Positions 1 to 12,541 of a DNA stretch of 64,000 nt are shown in pieces (the first letter of the stretch is position 1; each line of letters starts with the position of its first letter). Source of the DNA: Octopus vulgaris (Eukaryota). The notes under the pieces were generated by a model that was not told the origin of the DNA, did no database searches, and saw only the letters and a program-made list of their open reading frames with translations. The stretch lies in the NCBI GenBank assembly GCA_951406725.2, contig OX597820.1:78058001-78122000 (forward strand). Reading direction: 5' to 3'. The position numbers and the translations under genes were made by a program.

Positions 1-823
1 GCCACGCCTCTGTCTACCTTAACTGTTTTACTCTATTAGAATAACTCACGCGTATATTGCTTTGTTGAAATAAATCACTGTGCTATTTCATAAAACATCG
101 TTTTATAATTAATAATTCTGTAGTGTAAGAACTTTTTTTCCGTAAACCGGAATTCGCAAACCAATTTCTAAATGGATTGCAAATCACTTCATATTTCTGA
201 TAATTTGCTAACAAATTAGAAAAATTATGAACGCGACTCACAGTTCTATTTCGCTTCAACCTGATACATCAATGTAAAAGATAATCAAAATTTCATACTA
301 TGATGCAGCAAAACAGTTCGTTTTACATTGATTTACAAACATTGATTTCGCCTGAAATGCATAATGAAAATCTATGGAAGTTTTTGCAGACAGCTCTAAC
401 ACAAAATTACAGTAAATGATTATAGGGCTTGATATCTGAAATGTAAAATATAGAATAAAAATTCAGATGCTATAGACTTAAAAACATGGAAGATTTTAAT
501 TAATGAACACAACCACATAACATTCGATAAATAATTGACGTTGTGTAATATCTTCCTCATAATATACAGGATATTTGTCTCATGCTCTAGAACGAAAATC
601 GATGTTAATTGCTTGACCGCCGTATACGTTTGGACGATTTTTTTTTATCAAAGTAGATATATCCTTTATGATTTATTTCCAAATGTGAACAACCACAGTC
701 TGCTGTTTTAGACTTTTACGTTTAATTATCATATTAAGTTAAACAACTACAACTGAATTTCAATGATTTAATAAAATATTGAAAAGAGAATGCAACGATA
801 GAGCAACTCACACTCATGTATAC

Positions 824-825
<2 letters not shown>

Positions 826-894
<69 letters not shown>

Positions 895-1042
895 CATACA
901 TACATACATATATACATATATACATACATACATACATATATGCTCACACGTACGCACACTCACAACACACCCATATAAGAGTACGTGTGGGTATGTATTA
1001 AAGTCGGACAGATTTCACAGAGCCTAGTCTTATATATATGTA

Positions 1043-1125
<83 letters not shown>
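826..1125. repeat. Compound microsatellites (TA)n/(GA)n/(TACA)n and a second (TA)n tract
   Basis: Directly visible simple repeats; they explain the YIYI/ERER ORFs. Confidence 0.95.
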
Positions 1126-1129
<4 letters not shown>

Positions 1130-1216
1130 AAGGGTGAAAAGGAACACACGAGTTGTTATATATGAAAAAACAAGTCAAAAATAGAAAATGCTAAAATAAT
1201 TTTATATTGAACATTT

Positions 1217-1254
1217 CAGTACCGGTTTCGGTCATTTTGAGACCTTTTCAACTG
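1217..1254 (-). ncRNA. Minimal type-I hammerhead ribozyme motif, U3:A8 core variant
   Basis: Minus strand reads cag-TTGAAAA-ggtc-tcaaaat-gacc-GAAA-ccgg-TA-ctg: stem I cag/ctg, stem II ggtc/gacc, palindromic stem III ACCGGT, UA cleavage dinucleotide. Confidence 0.7.
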
Positions 1255-1612
1255 TAACGATTAAATAATTAAATTTAGAAAAATTAGAAGAAAAGTTTTT
1301 TTAAAAGAATATTTCTATAGTAGTGTTCAGATTTAAGTGGCATTCTGCCTTTCTCTGACTCCCTTGTTTGCACTTGTGTGTTCGAGGTAGTTGTGAGTTC
1401 TTGGTAGGGTAGTAGAGGAAGAAGGCTGGTGAGGAAAGGGGGTGGGAGAATCTGGGAGTGCCCTGATGGTCGTATTTTGAATGGTCAGTGGCGGCTGGCA
1501 GTCTCAGTTCAATTCAGGAGAATATTTATATTGACAGGCTTGTTTATAGAATTAGCGTAGGTGTTATACTAAAAAACATTAGTGACAAAGTTAAGGGGTA
1601 GGGGATGGAGAA

Positions 1613-1694
1613 GTAGAAGAAGAAGAAGAAGAAGAAGAAGAAGAAGAAGAAGAAGAAGAAGAAGAAGAAGAAGAAGAAGAAGAAGAAGAAGAAG

Positions 1695-1725
<31 letters not shown>

Positions 1726-1740
1726 CATATATATATATAT
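1613..1740. repeat. (GAA)n plus (TA)n microsatellite abutting the 3' end of the RTE LINE
   Basis: Visible repeat; lies next to the element terminus gaagaagatggccgtcc. Confidence 0.9.
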
Positions 1741-1741
1741 G

Positions 1742-4700
1742 TTCATGAAGAAGATGGCCGTCCACTCGTGACCGAGGAAGACCGTTGCTGACCTTTTGGA
1801 ACATTGTGCGCCCTAGGATTAGCTTATATTTTGCATTTGCTGATCTGTTGGTGGTTAATGAGCCCTGCTCTTGACAAGCTTACACGACTGCAAACATTAC
1901 AAACCAAGATTTCCCCATTCACTACAGCATCAGTGCGCTTTCGAGCAGCACGCCTAAATTCTTCATCGTGAACACGTGCTCTCTCAAAATTTTCACCTCC
2001 TCCTTAACCTGCTTCGTCCATCTGTAGCGATGACAGGCATTGCTCTCCCAGTCAGTCTCCTGCATATCCCAGGCCTTTAATGAGGACTTGACACCGTCCT
2101 TAAATCGATCGCAGCCTTGTCTTCTGATGGAGTCTCTTTCCATTAACAAGTTCCCCATATAGCATCTGCTTAGGGATCCTATTATCCTTCATTTTGATAT
2201 GGTATCGAGTCCAACGTAAATGGTGCTTGTGCACCATCGCCTCAATACTCAAGATACCAGCTGTCCTCAGGGTCCATGTGTCTGGAGTTTTTATGGTCCC
2301 GCCAACATTCAGAATGTGTCTCAGACATCTCTGATGAAAGCGTTCAACGACCTTTACATGACGTTTTTAAAGGGTTCATGTCTCACATTAGTAAAAGATC
2401 GATGTCAGTACACATGCACGGTACACAGAAATGTTTGCTTGTTTTGTGATACCATGCTGGGACCAGACACGAAACTGAAGAGACTGGAAGGAATCAGTTG
2501 CTCTCTGCCGCCCGAAAGATATTTCATCATCCAGGGTGCAAGAACGGCTGAGTGTGCTGCCCAGGAAGACAAACATCTCTACCACTTTCAGAATTGTCCC
2601 TTCAACCAAAATAGCAGCATCCACATATGGATTTCCTGGTGCAGTCTGGAACATTACAAAAGTCTTGTCCAGGCTAATGCTGAGTTCAAATGCCTTGCAT
2701 GAAGCAGAAATACGATTCATAAGTATTTGCATGCCATCCACTTATGAGCGTCATCTGCATAAAGGAAGTCAAGAATAAGAGACTAGAAAACTTTTGAATT
2801 GGCAATAAATCGGCGCAGATTATAGACGCGACCAGAAGATCGATACCTGACATATATTCCCAGACAGCTAACCTTAGCAAAAATATGACTAAAAGCAGCA
2901 GCAATGTACAAAGAAAAGAGAGTTGGAACAAAGATGTCACCTTGCTTGACACCCTTCTCTAGAGGAATGAGCGCCAATGATAGGTCTTTTCCATAGCAAG
3001 GATAATTTTTTCCATAGCAAGGCCCTATTCCCGGTATCAAATGCCTTGGTTTTAATCACCGAATGCCCAGACAAGGTCCATAATCTGCTCGTAGCACTTC
3101 TCCTGCATCTGTCACTGTGAAAATCATATCCATTGTCCATGTACCAGATCGGAAGCCATATTGAGATTCAGATAGGACATCATTTACGAAATAGCCATTC
3201 AGGTGGGTAAGAAGAATGTTTGCCAGAAACTTGACAGCTTCTGATAGTTACCACACATGATTCTGGCTGCTTTTCCTTTATAGAGCGGAAAAATAACTGC
3301 ACTCTTCTAGTCCTTAGGCATTACACCATCCTTCCAGACAACAGCAATAAGTTCATGAAGGGACTTTATGATGTAATCACCAACAAATCGCAAGACTTCA
3401 GCAGAAGTTCCATCCCTTCCAGGTCCCCTACCAAGATTCTATTTACTTATTGATGTCTGTCATTACCTCATCAACTGAGGGCGTGGAATTTAAGGAGCCA
3501 ATGATAGATCTTTGTTGCATAGTATCAATCATTGTTTCATCCTCAACTGACTCGTGGTTTAGGACTTCAGAGAAGTGTCCAATTCAACGACCTGTGATTT
3601 CTGTTGATTTAGCAAATAAAGTTAACGATTCTTTGGAAAGTAAAGGAGCTGATGCAGAGCTCTTAACCCCATGAACTTGCTTCATAAGATGGTAAAAGTT
3701 CTTACTGTCATTTGCATCAGCAGCAGCCTGAACATCACGAGCAGGATCCTCCCACCAAGTGTTCTGCATATTCCTGAGAGATTGCTGCAGTAGTGATTTT
3801 ATACTAATATAGTGGTCAAGTTCTGGATTTCGCTACACAGCCGTAATCCCTCTGTGCAGCAATACATTGTGAGCATGGCGCTTTACAAGCAATAGTCGCT
3901 GACCCTAGTATTATTTTTTCAAACTAGTCTCTGAATCTGGCGGTAGCACATCCCAGTGTTTCAGCAGCATTTTGAAAAATCTGATCTCGAAAATCTGGCC
4001 AAGTGAGTCTGGAGCTCTTTCCTCAACACAACATCAAATATTTTGTGGATATTCAGACGCCAAGGAAAGCTGAATGGCCCTCTTCTCTCCTTCACTCTAA
4101 TAATCACCGGGGACTTTGCTCCCACCAGATTGTGGTCTGTCCAGCATTCCGATCCATGAAAGGACTTGACATTACAAATGTCATACATCTTAATTTTGCG
4201 GATGATAATATAATCCAGCAAGTGCCAAACATTGAACCTTGGGTGCATCCACGTTGCTGTGTGATTGCGTTTGTGCATAAAATGCGATCTAAACTCCATG
4301 TTCATCGCAAAGTTCCAGCAACATCAAACACTTACTATTCATTTTCACTACACCAAAGCATCCTAGAGAGTTCCATGTTTGCCGGTCTCTGCCAACCCTG
4401 GTATTGAAATCCCCCAGTAGAATTACTTTATCAGAATTGGAGATTTTCCTAAGTATGGCATCCAGCTGGGTATAAAAATTAGTTTTATCTTCATCACAAC
4501 TAAACAAAGTAGGTGCATAGGTACTTATTAGAGTAGGTAACCGCCCAAATACCAGGTGCAATCGTATTCATTAGACGTTCATTTATAGCAACAGGAAGCT
4601 CTTTCAAATTCTTAAGGATATCAGATCGCACTGCAAACCAGCACCAGCCTCTATGCGCTCCTCCAGCCTCTCCTTCCAATAAAAGGGAGTATCCATCTCT

Positions 4701-5170
4701 TACTTCCTCAAACTAACCATCACCTTCTATACGAGTCTCTGAGAGCATATCAATGTTGTAGGGGTTCAGCTCGCGAGCAACAAGTGCAGTGCGTATTTCT
4801 GGCTAACAATCGCTCGTGTTATCCAACAGAGTGCGCACATTCCAACATGAAACGTTCAATTTCCATCCAGATTTTTGTAGAGAAACGTCTCTTTATTTTT
4901 CGAGCGCATGATGGACATCCGTCAGTCGCGTTAACCTAATCAGATATAGAAAGACAGCCAACTGTTGGTTCACACTTTCTAGAACCTTCTTGGCCTCCGG
5001 ATGAGCAGCGCTCCCTCCAAACGGAGCTGCTCAGACACCCATGCAGCAACTGAATCCTATCGCAACACGGAGACGATTTTGTATCTAGCATGGACCGCCT
5101 AAGTGTAGATTGGTGACTACATGCTTTCAACCGTCAAGTCTACATGCTTCGCCACCTTTCCTTCGCTGCA
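1742..5170 (-). mobile_element. Near full-length decayed RTE-clade (BovB-like) LINE with APE endonuclease and RT
   Basis: Minus-strand peptides WNVRTLLD..RTALVAREL..YNIDMLSETR (~4850-4730), ISTYAPT..ILLGDFNTRVG, TWMHPR..WHLLDYII..CWTDH, GVKQGDIFVPTLF, DFLYADD (~2770-2750), FVFLGSTLS, RFKDGVKSSLK. Many stops and frameshifts. Confidence 0.93.
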
Positions 5171-5289
5171 GGATCTCTAAATAAAAATGAAATAAATATA
5201 TACTAAAAATAACGATACATATATACTAAAAATAAAATAAATATATATAGGGAAAACAAAAACAAAAAAGCAGTACATACCGAGCAGAG

Positions 5290-5755
5290 GTCAGAAATGC
5301 CGGTTCAGAGTTTTAGGCCAAAAAGTGTTTCACGACACCTCATTGAAACTCTCCTCTCTATTGACATTATCCAGAGACAAGCCAGATGCGGGAGCGCCAT
5401 GATCTCTAACACATACCAAAGATCCCCAAAATATTCAATGCCATTCATTGCATATCTTGTTTTATATCAGAGTCTCCTTCTCCTAGAGACATACTTCAAC
5501 AGAAGTTAAGGGGTGCCTCACTTCCACTTGTCTTCTATGACGCCGGACACCATCCCGGAGTTTCTGCGTACTCGTGCTACTGCAAGATAGCCTTTGAGCC
5601 CGCACTAGGTTCATCTGGCCTTTCTGCAGGTCTTTTTTAAAATCCTGCTGATTTTCTAGCAACCCTTCTCACCAGAGTAGCTTGGCTGTGGTGCCGACTT
5701 AGTCGACCTTGCAACAGTTTGTGCTGGATTCCATATTACCAGTAGCACTTGTGGG
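5290..5755 (-). mobile_element. 5'-UTR-like fragment of a second RTE-type element, homologous to 37500-37860
   Basis: Shares ttaccagtagcacttg, ctcacca..gcttgg..gccg..ttagtcg and ccttctcctag blocks with 37500-37860. Minus-strand CTAGGAGAAGGAGACTCTGA resembles a motif recalled from RTE 5' UTRs. Confidence 0.6.
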
Positions 5756-5789
5756 AATCTCTCTCTCTCTCTATCTCTCACACACACAC

Positions 5790-5988
5790 ACGTGTGTATC
5801 GTTGGCGATTTTCTTTCTCCGTCTTCCCTTCTTTGTACGTTTTCTATATTTCTGATGAAGAGCTCTGCTCGAAAGTGAAATCCACTTTCTTTTCTTTCCT
5901 TTCCTGAGCATCCAATAACGCTGTACTTATTCGCCGTCCTCGTGTTGTTGTTTTTTCTTGCTTGTTCATGTTTGGATTGACTATATAA
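5790..5988 (+). mobile_element. Short PLE-type terminal repeat with decayed hammerhead (5848-5880)
   Basis: ttt-CTGATGA-a-gagc-tct-gctc-GAAA-gtg-aaa, with stem II gagc/gctc as in 55071-55106. A pyrimidine-rich tail ends in tatata. Confidence 0.6.
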
Positions 5989-5994
5989 CAATAG

Positions 5995-6281
5995 ACGTCA
6001 TGGGCCCGATTTCCCGGTTTCTGTGGCGTATGTGTCCACCCCCCACCCCCAGCTGGACGGGACGCCAGTCCATCGCAGCGTTACTCAAGAAACAAGAAGA
6101 GAGAGTGAGAGAAAGTTGTGGCGAAAGAGTACATCAGGAGACGCCACCACCCCCTGCCGAGCCCCGTGGAGATTTTATGTGTTTTCGCTCAATACATACA
6201 CAGAACGCCCGGTCTGGGAATTGAAACCGCGATCCTCCGGCCGCGAGTCTGCTGCCCTAAGCACCGGGCCATTGCGCCTCT
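5995..6281 (-). mobile_element. tRNA(Arg)-like SINE (family D) with V-domain-like body
   Basis: Minus head gaggcgcaatggcccggtgcttagggcagcagactcgcggccggaggatcgcggtttcaattccc (A/B boxes, TCG anticodon); body ctgcgatggactggcgtcccgtccag. Confidence 0.8.
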
Positions 6282-6285
6282 GATT

Positions 6286-6340
<55 letters not shown>

Positions 6341-7484
6341 TACAAACGTATTCCATTGAAGAAGTCTTAAATCTAGGTTAGAAACCGGCTCTTTCTCTGT
6401 TGGCAAGAAATCTTGAATAATGACACATACAAACGTACATACATACATACATACATACATACATACATACATGACACATACATACATACATACATACATA
6501 CATACATTTATATGTATGTGTAATCAGTTTATTGTTTAACTAATTTCTTCGTTCGATTCTTCTGTAATATCAGACAGTGTGAGGATGTATAGCCGAAGTG
6601 ATGCGTCATTTTTCAGCAGTTTACAGACAAAACTAATTCCTTTGATATAGTGACAGACAAAATACTATTATATCCAAAATACAAAATAGAGAAACAATGA
6701 TGAGGAAAAAACATAAAAGAGATAAATACAATTATAATCAAAATACTGAAAAAAGAGTTGGACAAAAAAAAATCATCGTAAAAAGATCAGGTTGACTATA
6801 AATCACAATTTTTTCTTCATGGTCAGATTGTAGGGAAGAAAATGCTAAACAAAATACGTAATAGAATGAAGAATAAAATTAAGCGTCGAGATATAATAAG
6901 CTACGTTTCTATCATGGTGTGATTTCCAATCTGTATCACCCACGAATAAATATTGTACACATACATTCTGCATTCATACAATTTATATAATTTTGTACCA
7001 AAAAGTAATACCATAATTTATGGAATGGAGTTAGGTTGAGGAAGATAAAGGAGTGAGAATAGAAAATCCGAAATTCCTTATACATGTAGTAATTAGGAAT
7101 CGACTTGAGAAGCCAGATATGCCTATAGTAATAGATAAATAGTGTAAGATAATCCATGAAATATATTTACCAAGTTTGTGTGTGTGAGAGCAAGAGATAT
7201 ATATAGAGAGAGAGACAGACAGACAGAGAGACAGAGACAGAGACAGAGAGAGTAAGTGAGAGAGAAAATGAAAATTGTGAATGTTGTATTTCTGAAAATG
7301 CCGCAAAAACTGCTCTGGCATGATTCGCTAGAATTATTTGGTACCTTATTAATGTTTAACTATCAGATAAATTACTATTTCGCTATCTTCGATGGTACAT
7401 CTTATCTTCAGTATTAACAGTAAAAGCTGGCTTAGAACGCGTTCAGATTTGAATTTAGGCGATAACTTCTATTTGTCATCTTTC

Positions 7485-7665
7485 ACTTTTTTCAGCCATT
7501 AGACTACGGCTTAGCTGGGCAAAAAATAAGCCTCAGGAATGTTTTTGGAAGGGTGGTGATAATCCCTGGTGTTTAACTTATTGATCTTTTTGGCCGAACC
7601 TCTAAGTTACAGGGACGTAAACACACCAACGCTGATAGTCAAAAGGTATTGTTGGAAACAAACAA
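7485..7665 (-). mobile_element. 3' half of SINE family A (diverged)
   Basis: Reverse complement resembles 12370-12535 (ggtgtgtttacgtccctgtaacttagaggttcggcc). Confidence 0.7.
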
Positions 7666-7666
7666 A

Positions 7667-7744
<78 letters not shown>

Positions 7745-7745
<1 letters not shown>

Positions 7746-7975
7746 GTGAGTGTTTATTGAGCGAAAACACCTAAAGCTCCACCAGGCTTTGGTAGAGGGG
7801 GGTGATCCCTGCTGTACTCTTTCGCCACAAATTTCTCTCACTGTTTCTTGTGTGGGCCTGCTCGCTTAGCCAGCGGGGTGGCGTCATTTGAAGGCTAAAA
7901 CAATGCGTAGCGCATTGTGACCAGCGATGTGTAAGAACATCTGATAGCCTGGTCGGGCACGGTGGTCACGGTGAT
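7745..7975 (+). mobile_element. SINE family D body (head lost)
   Basis: ttgtgagtgtttattgagcgaaaa..ccctgctgtactctttcgccacaaatttctctcact matches the reverse complement of 49110-49205 and 58572-58660. Confidence 0.75.
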
Positions 7976-7990
7976 ATACATATATATAAA

Positions 7991-8070
<80 letters not shown>

Positions 8071-8076
8071 GTATGT

Positions 8077-8246
8077 ATTTATAGCAGTATAAAATACAAT
8101 TATAATAAAGGGCAGAGAGGATAACTAGCATATATGCTGAAAATAGACGCTAAATCTTCGAACCAATCTTTAGCGTCTATTTTCAGCATATAGACATGGT
8201 ATACTTTGTGACCTTAATTATCATTGTATCTTATACTGTTATAAAT
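8077..8246. repeat. Fold-back inverted repeat; inner 24-bp perfect arms 8131-8154/8169-8192
   Basis: tatatgctgaaaatagacgctaaa / tttagcgtctattttcagcatata around a 14-nt spacer; imperfect outer arms. Confidence 0.9.
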
Positions 8247-8351
8247 CTCTCTATATGAATTCACCTTAATAGGTCTATATTATATGCTGGCCACTGATAC
8301 CATTTTTTATGATCTTATCCTTTATTATCATAAATATTCATATATATATAA

Positions 8352-8502
8352 ACGACGTGCTTCTTTCAGTTTCCGTCTAACAAATCAACTGACCCAAGGC
8401 AACAGTAGAAGACATTCGCCCGATTTATCACCCTGTGTGACCGAACCTTAAACTATGTGGCTGGGAAGCAAATTTCTTACCACATAGCCACGCCTGCGCC
8501 TA
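8352..8502 (-). mobile_element. SINE family A head
   Basis: Reverse complement of ggcgcaggcgtggctatgtggtaag..agacggaaactgaaag, as in 12156-12315. Confidence 0.8.
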
Positions 8503-8779
8503 TAAAGTTTTGAAAACTATCTTATTAATACAACTTTCCACTGATTTATTTCTCGTCTTCTTTGAGATAAGCAAAAGATTTGTATGTCAGACCATTTTAT
8601 AACTGGCGCGGGACCAACTATGATGTGGGGGAGAATATATTTGATCATACCTGCCTGAAGATATCACTGGTACTTGATTTATCAATCTGAGAGTTATGAA
8701 GACCAAATTCGATACATGTCAGAGAAATTTTTGTTGCATTTAAAAAATAAAACGTTCACAATTTTCGTTTCCCTGTCTT

Positions 8780-9106
8780 CTCTCCCTCTCTCTCACGTAT
8801 TCTCTTTCTCTCATTCTGTCAATCTCTTTCTCATTCTCCCTCTCTTTTTCACTCCCCCATTCTCTTCTCTTTTTGTCTCTCTCATTCTCTCTCTTTCTCT
8901 CCCTCAATCTGTTAATCTCTCTATCACATTCTATCGCTCATTCTGTTAATCTCTCTCTGTCTCTTTCATTCTGTTAATCTCTCACACAATCTCTTTCCCT
9001 CATTCTGTTAATCTCTCCGTGTTTCTTTCATTCTATTAATCTCTCTCTCACACACTCTTTCTCCTTTTCTTTTATCCCCATCTCCCACTCTCTCATTCCG
9101 TTAATC
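8780..9106. repeat. Degenerate CT-rich minisatellite, unit core tcattctgttaatctctc
   Basis: Core recurs near 8811, 8905, 8938, 8966, 9000, 9028 and 9092. Confidence 0.8.
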
Positions 9107-9277
9107 ACATTCCACAGTTGCATATTATACAGACGGTTACATTATGGCTGGTAAGCCACATGTAGGAGTCACACTGATAGTGCTATTTTGGTATAAGTTA
9201 AGAAAAACGTGAGTCCATTGTGTGTTTAGGTTTACATTCAAAGAATAGAAAATAGATGTTTAACAACGTTTTAAAAT

Positions 9278-9410
9278 TTAGGCACAATGGCAGCAAATTC
9301 TTGATGGTGGGAGCTAGTTGAATACATCGACCCCAGTTTTCAACTGGTACTTATTTTATCGAACTTAAAAGGATAAAAGGTAAAGACGACCTCAGCGAGA
9401 TTTGAACCTA
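9278..9410 (-). mobile_element. SINE family B fragment
   Basis: catcgaccccagttttcaactggtacttattttatcga..aaaggataaaaggtaaagacgacctcagcgagatttgaac is the reverse complement of 25775-25862. Confidence 0.75.
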
Positions 9411-10099
9411 GAAAGCATGTGTCACAGTTAGAGTTTCACGAATATTGGCTGTGTACACATTTGTATTTGAGTTCTCACTGTCAAAGCACACGCTTAACAA
9501 GTTCTTTGGATTCTGGACATTATTATTTTTAACTCTTAGTTATCAAAGTAATTACTTTTTTCAAAGACAATTCATATTTCAAACTCATACAGTTTGGTTA
9601 ATTTGCATTGTCTCATAATTGCATGGCATCTCTTACAGCTCGAAGAATGGATTCTTTGATGTATTTCATTCCCTAGAAAATGAAGAATCGATATGATGCA
9701 TCCAACAAATTTCTCACTACTGGGTGACAAAAACAATCTTTTCTTTTCGGGAAAAATCTCAGTACTTCCTTTTAACACTCTGAAGCAAATATTGCAAAAG
9801 GAATGGATTGTCATGCGAGTCGTTTTAAGTAGGTAAGCAGATTAGAGGTGTAGAGTTAAAACTTTTAATAGCTACGCACGTAAGTAGCAAAAGCAATGAA
9901 GTTTTACGTTTCTAGGTTTAATGATGTCTTTACAGAAGCTTAGATACTAAGTAGATTTGAGGTACAACAGATGGAAACGTGTAATTATAAGAATGACACC
10001 TCTTCTAACATAAAGAATTAAATTGGGAGAACTTTATATGCGCTATTCTTATTTCGCATGAACATTCTAACAAGCATACACACACTGATGCACACTCTC

Positions 10100-10228
10100 A
10101 TATAGGCATGTATGCGTATGCTTGTGTATATATGTATATGTATGTATATATATATATATATATCAATATACTTATACATATATATACACACATACATACA
10201 TAAATACATACACACACACACATACACA

Positions 10229-10313
<85 letters not shown>

Positions 10314-10320
10314 ATATATT
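10100..10320. repeat. Compound (TA)/(CA)/(TG) microsatellite
   Basis: Visible. Confidence 0.95.
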
Positions 10321-12155
10321 TGAGTAGTTATGAATACAGAAAATAACATAAAACAGCGGCGGCGGAAGAGCTACGAAATACACTTTTATCCAAAATATTG
10401 GGATTTATAGGACTAGTACTTGCGCATTGCATTATATAGGAACTTAAAGGCAAATATGTTGGAGGTAATACATGCAGGAGATGTTATCAGTTATGTTTCT
10501 GCATGAATCTATTTTACTAAACAATATAAATTCTACAGTAAAAATGAAACTTAAATCCAAATCTGAATAAAATTTATCTGGCTATAAATTTAAGCAATAG
10601 CACTTCTTATCTGAAATGAAAGATCTCCGCATTTCTTGAAAGTTATGTATTGCCACAATAAACTAAGCTGATTATTGAGTATTTGTGCAGCGACAATGGT
10701 AATAAAATACAAGAGTGCCTTGGAGTCTAAACAGTAGCAACCACAACATCGAGGATTTTCTACGCGGTCGTTTGTTATGCTAAGCAGATCCATCTCGATT
10801 CGTATCAGAATTTGTATAAAAACATGAAATGATAATGGCCAGAACCCCGTTCAATCACAGGATAACTTGATCGGAAATGACATACAGCGACACAACTACT
10901 ACTTACTGAAACCGTTTTTCATATAATGCGATCAATATAACTTAGTGATGACTCTGTAAAAACCATGCAAGTTATTTACGACGAAACCATATAATGGACC
11001 AACTAGTTATTATCTGTGTTTTATGAAATATGGCTCACCTCAGTTGTAAATTAAATGCCAAACGCACTCACATATTGACATCTATTACTTATCATATCTA
11101 CATCACGTGTCAATGCACGGCAAGAAAATGAAAAGTTTCTATTAAAGATACAGAAATAGTCTAGTTAGCTGCAAATAAGGTTAAGTTCGCCCGTTTCCAT
11201 ATATTTACATTTCATCTAATAAAAATACAACTTTACTCGAGTCAATATTCACGAAAATATACAAATGCAAGGTAAAAATTAATAAATTCCTGAGAAAAAT
11301 TAATTTAACCAGAAATATAAAGAAGCTAGAAACTATTCAAATAATCTATATAAAATATGTGGTTTCGGTTTTATGTCATCTTTTTTTTTTCTGGTTGGCA
11401 GTAAAACATTGCTACGCAATAATATTTTTGCACGTCAACAATCCTATGAATTTATCTGGATATTGAATACTTTATTAAGATTGATAAGTTCGAGAATGAG
11501 AAAAAATGGAAAACAGGGAAAAGAAATCGTGACAGCTAACTTTTCTCATAAATCACTTCTAGAATTTTTTTATTTTGGAAAAGTATTTCAACAATTTTGT
11601 CTTCTACGTACTTAACACATGTTTCTTCATTTTCAAGTTGTTACAGTGGGTGCTTGATATTTCATCAAATTGCTATTGTTACTGAACATCTTTTTTCTTT
11701 CTGCACCTTCAGTTGCCGTGAAAAAAAAAACAAACATGGTGGTTTGGAGTATTTGCTGCTGACAGCAAAACAATATTAGAAATTACTCGACTCCCATGAC
11801 ACTATTCATTCGGAAAATGATATGTGGCATTCAAGCATATTAATCTTTGGCATCCATTGCTTGTTTCAAATACCACTCATTTGCAACACCTTAATAAGAT
11901 TAACAGAATTGATTCGGTATAAATATTGAATATACATAAATGATTTCAAGCAATGGGAATGCACTGAAGAAGACAGTACCATTATCATTATATTTGAGTT
12001 GAATGTTTTCATCTCATATCGTTGTGTCCAGTCCAAGTTATAGTTTTCAATCTACTTTTGTATCTATTTCCTGAAGTCTAGAACCATGAATCGTAAAAAC
12101 TAACTTATACAATTGAGACATAGCGTAAAGGGACATTTAAAATAGAAAGTCAATA

Positions 12156-12541
12156 GGCGTAGGAGTGGCTGTGTGGTAAGTAGCTTGCTTACGAACCACA
12201 TGGTTCCGGGTTCAGTCCCACTGCGTTGCACCTTGAGCAGGTGTCTTCTACTATAGCATCGCGCCGACCAAAGCCTTGCGAGTGGATCTGGTAGACGGAA
12301 ACTGAAAGCCCGTCATATATATGTATGTATATGTATATGTTGTGTGCATATGTTTGTGTGTCTGTGTTTTTCCCCACAACATCGCTTGACAACCGATGGT
12401 GGTGTGTTTCTATCCCCGTAACTTAGCAGTTCGGCAAAATAGACCGATAGGCATCCAAAGAATAAGTCCAGGGGTCGATTTGGTTGACTAAAGGCGGTGC
12501 TCCAGCATGGCCGCAATCAAATGACTGAAACAAGTAAGAAA
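12156..12541 (+). mobile_element. Full-length tRNA-derived SINE (family A) with internal microsatellite and CR1-like 3' tail
   Basis: A box TGGCTGTGTGG, B box GGGTTCAGTCCC; body caccttgagcaggtgtcttctactatagc; tail ggcggtgctccagcatggccgcaatcaaatgactgaaac. Confidence 0.88.

Noticed and set aside
2220-2702. 160-aa plus-strand ORF
   Set aside because: Antisense shadow of the RTE RT region.
6352-6405. Hammerhead-like TTGAAGA..GAAACCGG (and related 45690-45733, minus)
   Set aside because: Core halves and CCGG are present, but I cannot pair stem I or a convincing stem II; not counted.
8780-9106. CRISPR-like repeat-spacer pattern
   Set aside because: Eukaryotic context, degenerate units and low-complexity CT spacers indicate a minisatellite; no cas genes.
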